Assembly: GCF_001194135.2 (NCBI RefSeq)
Contig: NC_068990.1
Span: 65,187,479-65,251,478, forward strand
Origin: Octopus bimaculoides
Lineage: Eukaryota
Length of the DNA stretch: 64,000 bases
Direction of reading: 5' to 3'
Shown: positions 10,912 through 23,934 of the stretch, piece by piece
Layout of the letters: each line of letters begins with the position of its first letter
Position numbering within the stretch: the first letter of the stretch is position 1
The notes under the pieces: generated by a model
What the model was told of the DNA's origin: nothing
Databases searched by the model: none
What the model saw: only the letters and a program-made list of their open reading frames with translations
Position numbers and translations under genes: made by a program

Positions 10912-11118
10912 NNNNNNNNNNNNNNNNNNNNNNNNNNNNNNNNNNNNNNNNNNNNNNNNNNNNNNNNNNNNNNNNNNNNNNNNNNNNNNNNNNNNNNNNN
11001 NNNNNNNNNNNNNNNNNNNNNNNNNNNNNNNNNNNNNNNNNNNNNNNNNNNNNNNNNNNNNNNNNNNNNNNNNNNNNNNNNNNNNNNNNNNNNNNNNNNN
11101 NNNNNNNNNNNNNNNNNN
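10912..11118. other. Assembly gap (others at 31217-32216, 36640-37098, 39576-40020, 45412-45503, 55990-56114)
   Basis: Runs of N; ORF calls crossing them are artefacts. Confidence 1.
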
Positions 11119-11800
11119 TGGGGGGGGGGGGGTTGTCCTACACTCATACATCAATTATCTACAATAAATAAATCATATGGAGGGAGGGAGGGAGAGAGAG
11201 AGATTTCTCAAACCACACATCATCAAATCTAGAAAAAACTCCACCACTCTGTGACAGCTAAAACAATTAAGAAGCCATCACTTGGTCAATCAAGTTGCTT
11301 AAGACAGCAACCAAGATTCTCTAAAATGAAATCCTACTGCCCGAAAGAAAGGATATGTTCAAATAATGTGGTCAAGGCTCCTCTGAACATAGAAAAACAA
11401 TAGGGTGTTAACAGTTTTTATCATAAGTCTGCTAAATAACAGCTGACTTCTAGCGAAACACAATAACCAATCAGTAAATTTGGTAAACAAAAGTGAAAAC
11501 AAAAACATGGCCATTAATTGACCTGCTAAACCTTCCCCAGCATATTTCTGTTCCCCTGATCCTGAAGACAATATGCATCACACTGTGTCTTCTAATTTAT
11601 CCATATCACCAGCTATGCTAACCTTGGAAGATATCTTACCAAATTTCAATTATATAAACGTCTTTAGTAGAATTACTTTACAGCTAACCTTTCAACTGGG
11701 AAATAAGAATGGAACCTGTTCTCAGTCAGTCAGGCAAACAAAAGCTCAGTTAAAAGTAAAATTTATTAAAATCAACTATGTACTGTTATTTTATACTCAC

Positions 11801-11872
11801 CAACATGCTGTAATTTACTTTCTAATTGCTTTGCTACCTTCAAGAGGTTCTTCTCGTCCAGCTTTTGAGATT
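11801..11872 (-). pseudogene. 72-nt exon, Death-domain N-terminal helices
   Basis: tttttgcag|AATCTC...GTTG|gtgagt, phase 1-1, translating to (E)SQKLDEKNLLKVAKQLESKLQHV(G). Confidence 0.55.
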
Positions 11873-12120
11873 CTGCAAAAATATTTTGAAGTTCTTTATT
11901 TAATAGTAAAGTTTCTCTTTCTCTATTGTAATCTACATTTATTTTGAGACATTCCTATTAACAGTGGTCAAATGGTAATTACTATATAATACCTGATAAT
12001 ACCTAAATATTTAGACCACAACAAAATACTATTCTAAATCTCTGACTAATAAAACATCCAATGTTTCGATGATTTAATTTAAAGTTGTCAGTTCAATTAC
12101 ATTTTTGTTTTTATTTAAGT

Positions 12121-12270
12121 GAAGATGCATGGCTTAGTTAGGTTAAGGTGTTACGCTCACAATCATGAGATCATGGCTTTGATTCCCAGACCAGATGTGA
12201 GTTGTGTTACTTCATGTTGCTTCAGTTCACTCTGCTGGAAATGGGTAACTTTGTGATGGACTGGCATACA
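12121..12270 (+). mobile_element. Decayed tRNA-derived SINE
   Basis: tRNA-like head ggcttagtt..ggttaaggtg...gattcccagacc followed by a core shared with the SINEs at 18828 and 20115. Confidence 0.6.
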
Positions 12271-13536
12271 AGGGCAAGATGGAAACTCAGGAAAATCATC
12301 TGAACAGAGATTCTATGAGCCATATTTTGTATTCAGCAAACAGAAGAATGAATGGTACAACCCATACTCTGAATCCCAAATGGTTGAGATTGATTGTTCT
12401 ACTACATTGAAGGATGAATGAATAAATAATCTAAGCTTCATCTTTCCCTATTATATATGAGCCAAATCTGCAACATACTCACAATACTTCAATAAGCAAC
12501 ACTCTGCTTTAAACGTCATACTTAGCATAAAGTTATGACAGGATAAGCATACAACTGCTTTCCTTGTTAAAGGCTGCTGTTAATCATTTTTAGTTTAAAC
12601 TGTTAGCACCAGAGTTCACCAGAATACTATCTGATTCATGCAATATTTGAAGACATTTGCATGTCATATGTCCTTCCAACTGAGCATTGATTAGCCTATA
12701 CATGTGAGAAGGAATGAAACAGTAAGCATCTTAAAACAATATATTTGCTTCACAAATACCCATTAAACTATATGTAATTGTTTATCTACACATTACTGCA
12801 CTGAAAATATCTGAAATGGTACACAAGAACTAACTATAAAATATTGCCACCAAACCTAATATGAAAATCATAGTTTCTCAACATTCTGGTGACCCCTTTA
12901 TCAGAAAGGAGAGAACCCAGTTATCAGCAAATTTTAGGATACAGAAGTAACATCTGTGTAGAGATTTTAACATAAAAAAACTGTCTTTCTGATGTCATTA
13001 TTAATATAAGAACAATGTTACAAGGAATGTGTAGCACTATTCACACTGCAATCCATCACAACTACTTACCACATCTATAACTGATGCGACTTAAGACCAG
13101 CTAATTAAAATGTCACTATAATACATAATAATATCTAGATCATACTATACAGTAGTAATCAATAATCCCAATTTATAGGTATGTGGCCTTGTACTCAAGA
13201 AAGACTGTAGGATTACATACAAAGTAACAAGATGTAAAATTTTAGAAGATACAAATACTACAAAGTTTTGACATATATGTCTAAGAAATTTACTACGTAA
13301 TATCTAATTGTATTGGAAATGGAGTATATATGTAGTACAATACTAAACTACATGTCATTGCAATACTAGATTTCTGTACAGATCATATATAATCCAAATA
13401 AAGAATATATGACCCTCGTTACAATTTTGTCACAGAACTGCTGACATCATACTTCCAGTTTATGTTAAATTTATTTCAGAGTAAGTGATGATAGATCTAG
13501 ACATGTTTCATGCTTACATTTCAACAAAAGGCTATA

Positions 13537-14224
13537 CAAGGGAGTACCCAAAAGTAACCAGAAACATTCTCTGTGGGACAAACCTGTTGTAGTTCAGGTT
13601 TCCGCCACCAGAAGCCACTAGAGGCAACCTTCAAGCATCAGTCTGCCAACCGGCATTGTCAAGTAAAGTCATACTTCCATGTGGTGCGTCTTTATTTTGT
13701 AGTGCTTCATCCATCAACTTCCCGAATGAACAAAATCATGAAAATTCATGAACTTATCTTGGAGGACCATCACTGAACAACTGACGAACTTGTTGAATGA
13801 CTGGTGTGTCCTGGCGTTCCTGGCAACGAATCTTGAGCAAGGAATTGCGAATGAAGACTTTCAGCACAATTTGTGCTTCACTTGATCACAGAAGATCAAA
13901 AGCAGTCTCGACTGAATGTGAGTCGTGAACTGATAGAACAGTTGTAAGTTGATCCAGACCGTTAGTAGAAGGTCATCACTGGTAACGAAAGCTGGTGTTA
14001 CGGAATTTGCAGACGTGGAAGAGTCGAGGAAACAAAAACAACAGAGGTGTTAAAAGGCATCACTTCGCAAGAGTTCCAGCACTGCTTTGAATTGTGGAAA
14101 ATGCGCCTGGACTAATACATTGCTTCAAATGGAGAATACTTTGAAGGTGAAAAGAGCGTAAACATGTAAAACTAAGTGAATAAAATAACATTGCAAAATT
14201 CTGGTTTCTTTTGGGTACCCCTCA
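13537..14224 (+). mobile_element. Internally deleted mariner
   Basis: TA-flanked TIRs CAAGGGAGTACCCAAAAG and CTTTTGGGTACCCCTCA; remnants FVLHLITEDQK and VITGNESWCY. Confidence 0.8.
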
Positions 14225-14527
14225 TAAAAGCTGATAACTACTCTAGGATTTTCACTAAATTTCAGCCATAAACTAGTTTTGTTTTTCTTTTTCTGAACAT
14301 TTCTTCCTTTTCACTCATATTCATATTCTTTCATTATTCCTTATATTTTTATTCATTCATATATACTTTATACTTTCATTATGTCATATACTCATTAGAC
14401 TCCCACTGAAGCTTCATTCAATAAACTTGTATTTGGCATTCAATCCAAAGTTAACTGTCAGAAGTACATTATACCACAACATAAAGTCAACGAGAGAAAC
14501 AGACAGATCATCAAATAGTATGCTTAC

Positions 14528-14670
14528 CAAATCCACTTTTGCTAGTTACAGGCTGTTCATACTTGAGGACCTTTTAAGCTTAATTCTGGAATATTCCTCA
14601 CATATCCAGTTATATCCACATGGACAGAATTTCGCAGTAGCCAGGTTATCTTCACACAACACAGTGCAGT
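14528..14670 (-). pseudogene. RING-finger exon (degenerate)
   Basis: ttcttattttggttcacag|ACTGC...TTTG|gtaagc. Translation (D)CTVLCEDNLATAKFCPCGYNWICEEYSRIKLKR / LKYEQPVTSKSGF has MIB-type RING spacing, a 1-nt deletion and three Zn ligands changed to Tyr. Confidence 0.75.
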
Positions 14671-15205
14671 CTGTGAACCAAAATAAGAACACATCTCATC
14701 AATAACATTAGTTTATGATAATTATTACATTGTGTGCAAGTTTACAGTGTGATATATATTCTATAATATTTCCTATATTTGATAAGCTGCTCTAACTTTC
14801 TCTTGAATATTTTGTGAATTTTTTTACTGACAGCAAAATCTTGAAGGTAATCAGTAAGGTTTGATCTGTTTAGTATAATGACCATGTATTTAAGTTGTTT
14901 TAATACTGAAAATAAAGTAAAAATGAATTAAAAAGATTGAGGATTTGTGAAAGGTGGTGGGTGAAGTACAACTATCACCACAACAGATCATGTGAAGAGT
15001 CAAAATCGCTTTTGCTTCATTTTCTAATGCTTGTATTTTTTGTCTGTTGCTTTTACCAAAATGAGAAATGGACATTAATAGATATGCTGCAAGAACTTAA
15101 AGTTATATAATCAAATATAGGAAATATAACAGAATACATATCACAATAGTTTCATCACAAAACAACTAGAACCTAACTAGAGAACTGCCTTGATAAAACC
15201 AACTA

Positions 15206-15987
15206 CAGGGTGGGTGGAAAGTAACTAGGCATTAGAAATTGCTTACAATTCATTAGTATCACTGAAGCCATGACGATTACATCTTTTAAACAGACAACAC
15301 TAATGGGAATTTCTTATTGTCTTATTTTCCAAATAGTCGGTCGCTTGACTGTTCAAGAGCGAGCTAAAATAGCAGCATGCTATGAAGTGTGGAATTCCAC
15401 TGTTTTGGTTCAGAGATGGTGGCATGCATGGAAAGGTAAGCGTGCAACACTACATCCGGAGACAATTAAAAGTTGTCATGCAAAGCTGATGACCACGGGC
15501 TCTGTGAACGATGCAAGAAGTGGCCAGCCAACCAAATCCCAATCAGCGAAGAATGTAGCAACAGTGCAGGAAATGTTTAATCACAGCCTGCAAAAATCAA
15601 CACGTCAAGCAGCTCATGAATGTGAAATAACAAAGAACTGAATTTTCATCCATGGAAACCCCATTACTTGCAAGAGTTAAAACCTGAAGACTGTGACTGC
15701 AGCAGTCCAGAACTACAAGAAGTCCAGATCTCACTCCGTGTGATTTTTACCTGTTGAGTTACAAAAACAAAAAGGTGTACAAGACAAAACCTCACACACT
15801 GGAGGATTTGGAGACACAGATTCAGGAAGTCCTCAATGATATCCCAGATGATGTCCTTCAGAAGGTTGTTCATTCCATCCCTGTCCGTTTGTGAGGAAAC
15901 TGGCTGACACCACCGGTGCTTACATTGAAATATGAAGATTTACTTTCATTTTCTCATGTAATAAAGAAAATGTATCATTTGTTTCAA
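15206..15987 (+). mobile_element. Internally deleted rosa-like Tc1/mariner element
   Basis: Starts TA|CAGGGTGGGTGGAAAG. N-terminal HTH LTVQERAKIAACYEVWNS...STRQAA, then RSPDLTPCDF...GAYIEI*; the catalytic middle is missing and no right TIR was found. Confidence 0.75.
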
Positions 15988-16175
15988 TCATCATCATCAT
16001 TTAACGTCCGTTTTCCATGCTGGCATAGGTTGGACGGTTTGACTGGGATCTGGGAAGCCAGGAGGCTGCACCAGGCCCCAATCTGATCTGGCAGTGTTTC
16101 TACAGTTGGATGCCCTTCCTAACGCCAACCACTCCAAGAGTGTAGTGGGTGCTTTTTACGTGCCACCGGCACAGC
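15988..16175 (-). mobile_element. RTE-type LINE 3' end
   Basis: Reverse complement of the family tail ...taggaagggcatcca(a/g)ctgtagaaac...ggacgttaaat(gat)n. Confidence 0.8.
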
Positions 16176-17252
16176 ATATTTGAAAAAGGAATATGGATTT
16201 TATTACCAATTTTTAATGCCTACTTACTTTTCACCCATCCTGTAGTAATACCAAGGAAAATATTTACATACCAAAAGTTGTTACCAATAAAAATAATTTC
16301 TTCAGACACAAGAACAAAACTAACACAATGATATCCTAATATGCCCAGTCCCTTAGATACACCAACATCAGTTAGTATAGAAATACCTTATTTCTATACA
16401 GAAATGCTATTTAGATAATAAAAATAAAGAAAAGGTAGGAAATAGAAGCATATCAACATATTCCACTTAAAGGGAGCTCTACAGTCACATGACATGCTAG
16501 AAAGGGCAACTAACCCTGCTCTAAAATGCACCCTACCATCCAACAAAATATTTCAGTGTTACAAAAAAAAAAAAAAAGACACATTGCATATTATATTGAT
16601 ATACATAGTCTCACACATCACTTAATACATATAATGATAATGGACATACATAACACATATCTAAATTCTAATTAGCCATTATGCTATACTGGATATAGTA
16701 ATATACATTTTCCAATGCTCCTCCCATCAGCAACTGTCAGTATATAAAGGAACACATACACTAAGGACCTTCATTAGTGAGTCAACATTGTTATGACATA
16801 ACTTCACAAGAAACCAATTGATATATGTCCAGTACAAAAACTATAAGTCAGCCACATCAGTCAGAACACTTCATAAAATGGACTGGCTGTATTTATCTTC
16901 ATATCAGTGCTATAGATATTATCTATTCATAATAGAGATTTCACAGACATCATCTCCACCAAATATCATTGTTATTTTGGAATATCTCTTCTCCAACATA
17001 TATCATTACCACTTCACATGATGGGTATATTTAGATGGCTAAAATCCCAGATGGGCTACCTTCACTTCAGTCATATCTTTGACTGTAGAAAGAACAACGA
17101 GATGGGATATTAAAAAACAGAAGCATGACAGTACTACTACATAAAGCTATTATTAAATGCTGAAAATGCATAGAAGAAAGATCTTCCCAACATGAATTCA
17201 TCAGGGAGACCAGCCGGAACATCAGGAACTACTTTTGAGATACAAAAATGTA

Positions 17253-18228
17253 CAAGGGTGGGCTGAAAAGTTCATATGTTGACTTTATCAACAGTGCAAA
17301 AGAGGGCAGCTGAATTTAGGAGAGAAAAGGAGAGTCTTGAAGATGATCCAAGGTCTGGACGTTCTGCAACTGACACCACCAAGGAAAACAATCATGTTCA
17401 CTCCATGCCGATGGATGACAGGCAATTGACTATAAATCAAATAACCAATGCTATTAGCACATCCAGTAAAGGTGTTGAGAATATTCTGCACAACAAACTT
17501 GGCATGGCAAAGGCCTTTGCTCAGTGGATGCCATCTCTTCTGACACCTGATCAAAAGCACACCAAGCTGATCACATCACAGAAAAATCTGACATTACTTG
17601 AGGCAGAACCAGCTGGTTTCCTTGAGTGTTTCTAAAACCAGAATGAGTGTTGGTTTCATCACTTTGAGCCAATCCATGCAGTGGAAGCATCCATCCTCAC
17701 CTGCTCAAAAGGTCATTTCATTTGCAGGGAGGGTGATGGCTTCAGTTTTTTGGGATGCAAAAGGCATTGTATTTATTGAATATCTTCATAAGAGCCACAC
17801 CATCAAAGGAGAGTACTATGTAAACTTGCTGAGGCAGTAATGAAAAGCTATCATGATGAAGTGCCCAGGAAAACTGATGTAAAGGCTCATTTTATAAGAA
17901 CAATGCTCCAGCACACAAGTCCTTGGTTTCAATGGCTGCTGTGTGTGTCTGTGGTTTTGAACTGGTTTATCACCCTCTCTATTCTCCTGACTTGTTCCCA
18001 TTTTACTACCATCTGTTTCCCAACAGGATAAAACACTTGGCTGAGAACCAGTATTGTAGTGATGATAACATCTTATCTGCTGTTGATGACTTTTTTCCTC
18101 AACAGGATGAAACCTTCTTCACCAAAGGGATCCAAGCACTGCAACGGAAGACATGTGTGGATGGTAAAAAGGACTATGTTGAAAAATAAACCCCATTTAG
18201 TCAGCCTATAAACTTTTTAACCAAACCT
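17253..18228 (+). mobile_element. Decayed, partly deleted mariner
   Basis: TA|CAAGGGTGGGCTGAAAAGTTCATA with a degenerate right TIR at ~18205-18228; motifs WMPSLLTPDQK, VMASVFWDAKG and YSPDLFPFYYHLF. Confidence 0.8.
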
Positions 18229-18827
18229 AACTTCCTCTTTGCCTCTCCCTTAGCCAAATATACCTTGTCACCTAGCTGTTCTTGCAGCCATTTGATAATG
18301 CTCCCTACTATCCCTTTCTTCCAGGTTTTCTGTGTTTCTGAGCCCTTATTACCCTATCAACTGAATTGTTCCACCACCATGTAACTCTTGGTTTGCTTGG
18401 GACTTTGCTCCAGTCACATGTCTGTTCAGTGGCCGTGAACAAGTTAGTTTGTAAAAATTCCCAGTTTCCATATATGTTATAGATATTTTTGTTTACATCC
18501 TGGCAGTCATATATAAATGTGTGAGTGTGTGCACATGTACTACTGTCTCCTTGCCTTGATTTTATGTGATAGTTGCAGAAGAACTGTTACTGTCATGCAA
18601 GTCATGTCCCTTATTTCCAACCTTCCATGAAAACATGTCTTATTATTATTTATATTACCTAACTTGGAAACAGGTTCAGATCAGCAATAGGAAGGGTATC
18701 TAGTTGTAGAAAAGTCTGACTCCATGCAAGCATGGAAAAGTGGATGTAAATAACAATGACGATGAATCCCTGTCATAGGCACAAAGACAGGGGAGAGGTG
18801 GCTATGGCTTATGAACTCATTAAAGAG

Positions 18828-19138
18828 CCCCTTATGTTATGAATGACCATGCGATTGCACCTAGAAAATTATTCTCCAAGGCACAAGTCTGGGCAAAGTT
18901 GTCTATGGAAGACCAGCAGTCACCCATGCACACCAGCCTCCCCCATGCCACCAATGTTAACCAAGGGAAAGGCAAAGCTGATACAGCTTGGCACCAGTGA
19001 CATTGCAACTCATTTCTACAGTCAAATGAACTGGAGCGATGTGAAATAAACGGTCTGACTCAAGAACACAACACACAGCCCAGTCCAGGAACCAAACTCA
19101 TTATCTCAACGCTCTAACCACTGAGTCATGTGCCTTCA
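18828..19138 (-). mobile_element. tRNA-derived SINE (second copy at ~44310-44545)
   Basis: Minus strand begins tgaaggcacatgactcagtggttagagcg (tRNA-like A box). The 3' part gaatgaccatg(c/g)gattgcacctagaaa is shared with 44325. Confidence 0.75.
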
Positions 19139-19680
19139 TAAACTCATTAAGGTATACATTATATCAGACCTAGAGTGATAAAAGGTAAAACAAACTCTGG
19201 CAGCATTTCACCTTGAAACAGAGAGACAAAACTAAATATTGTAAGATAATTCAATCCTGGGGATGACCATTACAGATATTGTTATTGATAAGCATCATGA
19301 AAATGGTAATGGTGACAATTGTGATGACAGCAGAGGTGCAGATAATGTTTATTTACCATAAGGTCAGAGAAAGAGGAACATTACAAGACAGAAATGTAGA
19401 GTTTTTACAGACTGAAAGTAAAGAGAGGTAAAGAATCTAAAGAGGGAACAACAACAGATATGCTGATGATGATGAGGGATGATTATTTCATGAAGTAGAT
19501 TTAAGAGTCATTACTAAAATGATAATATAAGGACAACTCAGTTGGATTCAAAATTAATGACTCAATGAAATAAACATTATTAAAAATATATATGAAAGTT
19601 TAAAAAATCAGTTGTGGATATTCCAGATAATTCTGAAATTACTATATAGAATGGCAACATGCAGAGATGTGTAAACTTAC

Positions 19681-19885
19681 CCATAGCACTGACATCAGGC
19701 TTCAACTGTAATAACACCTTTACTATGCCACTTTGTCAATAATAATAATAGGTCACATGCAGAGGTGTGTCACCCAATATTATCTACAACACTAATATCA
19801 GGTTTTAACAGCATTCTTCCAACACATTACTAGGTTGACCCAATCATGTCTATGTAGATCTATCTCTTCAATCACCTTGACTGAT
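19681..19885 (-). pseudogene. Ankyrin-repeat exon (degenerate)
   Basis: ctttttgtttgtttcag|ATCAG...ATGG|gtaagt. Translation across two frameshifts gives LLKPDISVVDNIG-DTPLHVTYYYY*QSGIVKVLLQLKPDVSAM, matching the ankyrin consensus GxTPLHxA....IVKxLL..xDVxA. Confidence 0.8.
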
Positions 19886-20002
19886 CTGAAACAAACAAAA
19901 AGGGGAAAATAATGTTTTGTTGACAAGGAGGTAGCCAAAAGAGTAAAAAGGCCAAGAGAAAAAGAATAAAATCAACAAATAACTGAAATGGTGGGGGCAT
20001 CT

Positions 20003-20043
<41 letters not shown>

Positions 20044-20114
20044 ATTGAGAACTATATCATATTTATATACACACACACACAAATCTCTCTCTCTATATAT
20101 ATATATTATAGTAA

Positions 20115-20670
20115 GGGTGCATGACTTAATGGTTAGGGTGTTGATCTTGCAATCATGATTTCAATTTCTAGACCAGGTGGTGCATGGTGTTGAACAAAAC
20201 ACTTCATCTCACGTTACTCTACAATCACTTTGACACCTGACGTGTGGTACACAGTGCACCTGTTCAGACAACGTTGGTTTGATGGAGAGAGTGAGTTACT
20301 GTGCGGCATGAATATTTACTCTTTACTCTTTTACCCGTTTCAGTCATTTTTTACTACGGCCATGCTGGAGCACCACCTTTAGTTGACCGCAAATCAACCC
20401 CAGGACTTATTCTATCGGTCTCTTTTGCCAAACCGCTAAGTTACGGGGACGTAAACACACCAGCATCGGTTGTCAAGCGATGTTGGGGGGACAAACACAG
20501 ACACCCAAACATACATATATACGACGGGCTTCTTTCAGTTTCCGTCTACCAAATCCACTCACAAGGCTTTGGTTGGCCTGAGGCTATAGTAGAAGGCACT
20601 TGCCCAAGGTGCCACGCAGTGGGACTGAACCCAGAACCATGTGGTTGGTAAGCAAGCTACTTACCACCAT
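20115..20670. mobile_element. Two tail-to-tail SINEs: tRNA-derived (+, ~20115-20310) and a second SINE family with central microsatellite (-, ~20320-20670)
   Basis: tRNA-like heads at both outer ends. The second contains ttgggcaagtgccttctactatagcc and a ggtgctccagcatggcc...gaaac tail, with further fragments at 56576-56815 and 59830-59975. Confidence 0.75.
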
Positions 20671-21424
20671 TTGTGCAGGTCATTCAGCAAAGAGCTGAGC
20701 ACTCATACATTGTCTTCAACGGTAGAGTCCATCACATATATATATATGTGCACAACATATACATGTATCCCTACATATCCCTCATCATTCTCTTAATTTC
20801 TGATCTATCCTTCCCGAGGTACCTCTTTCACCTTACACCCTCTCCATACTGATATTCCATGTCAGCTGTACCTCATCTACTCCTATTTCTAACTATCTGA
20901 CACTCTCTGCACACACTTATGAAAGCAGCCACTCCATCTTCTGACCCAGTCTCTACACTCTCTTATGCTCACCTTGTACATTGAAATTTTACGCTGGTAC
21001 TCTATCACTACCATCTTTACCGCTTTCTTAACTGCTGTCACCCACCTCTATATCATGTAGGAGTCATATATCACCTCTACAGCAAAACCCCTATGCTTGT
21101 CCTTCTATCATGCTTGTCCTTCTATGCTTGTCCTTCAACACTTAACATAAAACCACTCCCCCTACACACACTTAGAAGAGGGAGATTTTTCCTTTCTCCA
21201 TGTACATTTTTTTTTTTTGTCTTGCAACCTCACTAGTGCTAGTGACAAGAAAAACAGCAACCAGTACAGACTGTAAGGTACTTAGTGTTAGGAAGAGCAT
21301 CCTGCCGTAGAAACTATGCAAAAGCTGACACTGGAGCTTGGTACAACTCTGCAGATCACTGGATCCTTTCAGCAGACCATCCAACCTATTCCAGTATAGA
21401 AACATTAAATGATGACAATTATGA

Positions 21425-21897
21425 TTGACAGTGAAATTGAAATCAAACTAAATTCGATGACTGGCACCCATGCCAATGTCGTCTCCTTCATTGGACACGA
21501 AACTCAGCTTGCGAAGATTTATTGGGGCAAGCGAAAGCAAAATCGGGATGGCACCTGTGCCCAGTGTCGCCTTTCTGGCACTTGTGCCTGTGACATGTGT
21601 AAGGATTTTCGAGCGAGACCGTTGCCAGTGCTCCTGGACTGGCTCTTGTGTGGGTGGCACATAAAATACACCATTTTGAGCGTGGCTGTTGCCAGTACTG
21701 CCTGACTGGCCTTCGTGCCGGTGGCACGTAAAAGCACCCACTACACTCTCTGAGTGGTTGGTGTTAGGAAGGGCATCCAGCTGTAGAAACTCTGCCAAAT
21801 CTGGAGCCTGGTGTAGCCATCTGGTTTCACCAGTCCTCAGTCAAATCGTCCAACCCATGCTAGCCTGGAAAGCGGACGTTAAATGATGACGATGATG
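21425..21897 (+). mobile_element. RTE-type LINE 3' UTR with internal tandem units
   Basis: Same tail as 15988, ending ggacgttaaatgatgacgatgatg; preceded by a more decayed tail copy at ~21225-21418. Confidence 0.8.
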
Positions 21898-22021
21898 AAG
21901 ATATATAGATTCATATGTGTGTGTGTATGAAAGTAATTTTATAATTTTGTTAAACTAAAAAATAAAAATAGGACTGCAGGTGGAAGTGCTCAGGTAACAC
22001 TGAGATAAAAAGAAAAAACAA

Positions 22022-22915
22022 ATTGAAGGGTATAATGAATAAACGCTCTAATTGGTCAAAAGTAACTTTATAACATTCTCATATCACAATACTGAACATA
22101 AATATATATTAAAAACATCAGGGCATCCAGTGGTAACACCCAATAGTATAAAAATATACATATATATAAATATATACGAACACAAAAGGTGATAAAACCT
22201 GAAAAGGCAATATGTATTGCTTTTCAGGTTTTATCACCTTTTGTATTTGTATCATCATCATCATTTAACGTCCGCTTTCCATGCTGACATAGGTTGGATG
22301 GTTTGACTGAGGACTGGTGAGCCAGAGGCTGCACCAGGCTCAATCTGATCTGGCAAAGTTGCTACAGCTGGATGCCCTTCCTAACGCCAACCACTCCGAG
22401 AGTGTAGTGGATGCTTTTACGTGACACCGGCACGAGGACCAGTCAGGTAGTTCTGGCAGCGACCATGCTCGAATGTTGTTTTTGATGTGCCGGGAGGGTG
22501 ACTCTGGCAACGATCACGCTCGAATGGTGCTTTTCATGTGCCACCAGCACAGGAGCCAATCAGTGGTCCTGGTAATGGTCACGCTTGGATGTGCTTTTAA
22601 CGTTCCACTAGCACAAGTGCCAATCAGACGGTACTGTTATTGGCCATGTCAGCGATTTTGATTTTGATTTCACTTGTCTCAATAGGTCTTCAAAGCAAAG
22701 TTTATTGTCCAGTGAATGAGGGGTATGTGGGCTGGTTACACCCACTGGCATAGGCCATGGTCTCACTTGGCTTGTCGGGTCTTCTCAAGCACAGCATTGA
22801 GTTTTACCACTGGATGCCCTGATGTTTTTAATATATATTTATGTACAATATTGTGATAATATGGGAATGTTATGAAGTTACTTTTAACTAGTTAATGTTT
22901 ATTCATTATACCCTT

Positions 22916-22919
<4 letters not shown>
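22022..22919. mobile_element. Foldback/palindromic MITE interrupted by an RTE 3' end (22252-22795, -)
   Basis: attgaagggtataatgaataaac (22022) pairs with gtttattcattatacccttcaat (ends 22919). The arms stay complementary inward (aaaaacatcagggcatccagtgg / ccactggatgccctgatgttttt), and 22182-22244 is a near-perfect central hairpin. Confidence 0.85.
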
Positions 22920-22955
<36 letters not shown>

Positions 22956-23934
22956 TCATCATCATCGTTTAACGTCCGCTTTCCATGCTAGCATGGGTTG
23001 GACGATTTGACTGAGGACTGGTGCAACCGGATGGCTACACCAGGCTCCAAATATATATATATATAAGGCATCAGGAAAGACATCCGGCCATAGAAACCAA
23101 ACCAGAACAGGCAATGGAGTCTGGTACAGCCCCTGTCAAACCATCGAATTTATGCCAGCATGGAAAATGGACGTTAAATGATGATGATGATATTAAGCCT
23201 GTAAATGTAAAAAAATGAAGTAGGTAATTATGTACTACACATGCTTCAAAAGGAGCACCAAATACATATAATGGAACCTTAAGGTGTTACATAAATTATG
23301 TGGTTCTAATAAAGGCACTTCTATCAGTCAGAAGTGAATCTGCCAAGAGAAAACAGGAAAAAATTTGTACATTTTAGCAGTTGAAAGAGAAGAAGAAATG
23401 GGAATTAATGGAGTAGCCAATCTTGTGCCTCTTTTGCAAATGAATGTAATGAAGTAAAATGGGGTATAGTTTTAAGAAAGTCAGTTCCTTATCTGAATAA
23501 ATGGATCTATGGGGTGGCTGCAGATAGCTCTTGGGTGATTATTTAGTTATAAAGCTGAAAAAAGTGCCATAATGGAAAAATCTAGAATACAGGAAGGGAT
23601 GTTAATTGCTTTGAGCAGGCATGAATGGTTTAGCTAGAGGTTCAAAATGGGAAACCCCAAAAATTGTTAATATAAATAATTAATAATAATTTAATAAAAA
23701 TAGAATTAAAAATAGCAGTTAAAAGTTTTAAAATATTTTTACTTAATAATAAAGAATTGATATGATACAATTTAAAATTATTATCACTGTTTGGTTGTAA
23801 ATATGGTAACCTTGCACTTGTTTTATGACAAACCGTTCAACATCTTCCACTGAATGCTGCATGTGAACTGAATGCATGTCTCATTTGCTTCGTAATTTAA
23901 AACTGAGGTCTGGAACAAGGGAAGTTATTTTACA

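Larger units (their letters stand above)
11801..19885 (-). pseudogene. Decayed multi-exon ankyrin-RING-Death gene (MIB2-like E3 ligase architecture)
   Basis: Minus-strand segments with canonical AG/GT boundaries: 19885-19681 (ankyrin), 14670-14528 (RING), 13100-13070 (31-nt linker), 11872-11801 (Death-domain start). A possible second decayed RING exon starts at 17082. Stops, frameshifts and Cys/His-to-Tyr changes are present. Confidence 0.7.

Noticed and set aside
20301-21886. Cluster of overlapping short ORFs (also 25732-26182, 27205-27658, 28857-29261)
   Set aside because: Chance frames in GC-richer SINE and RTE UTR sequence.
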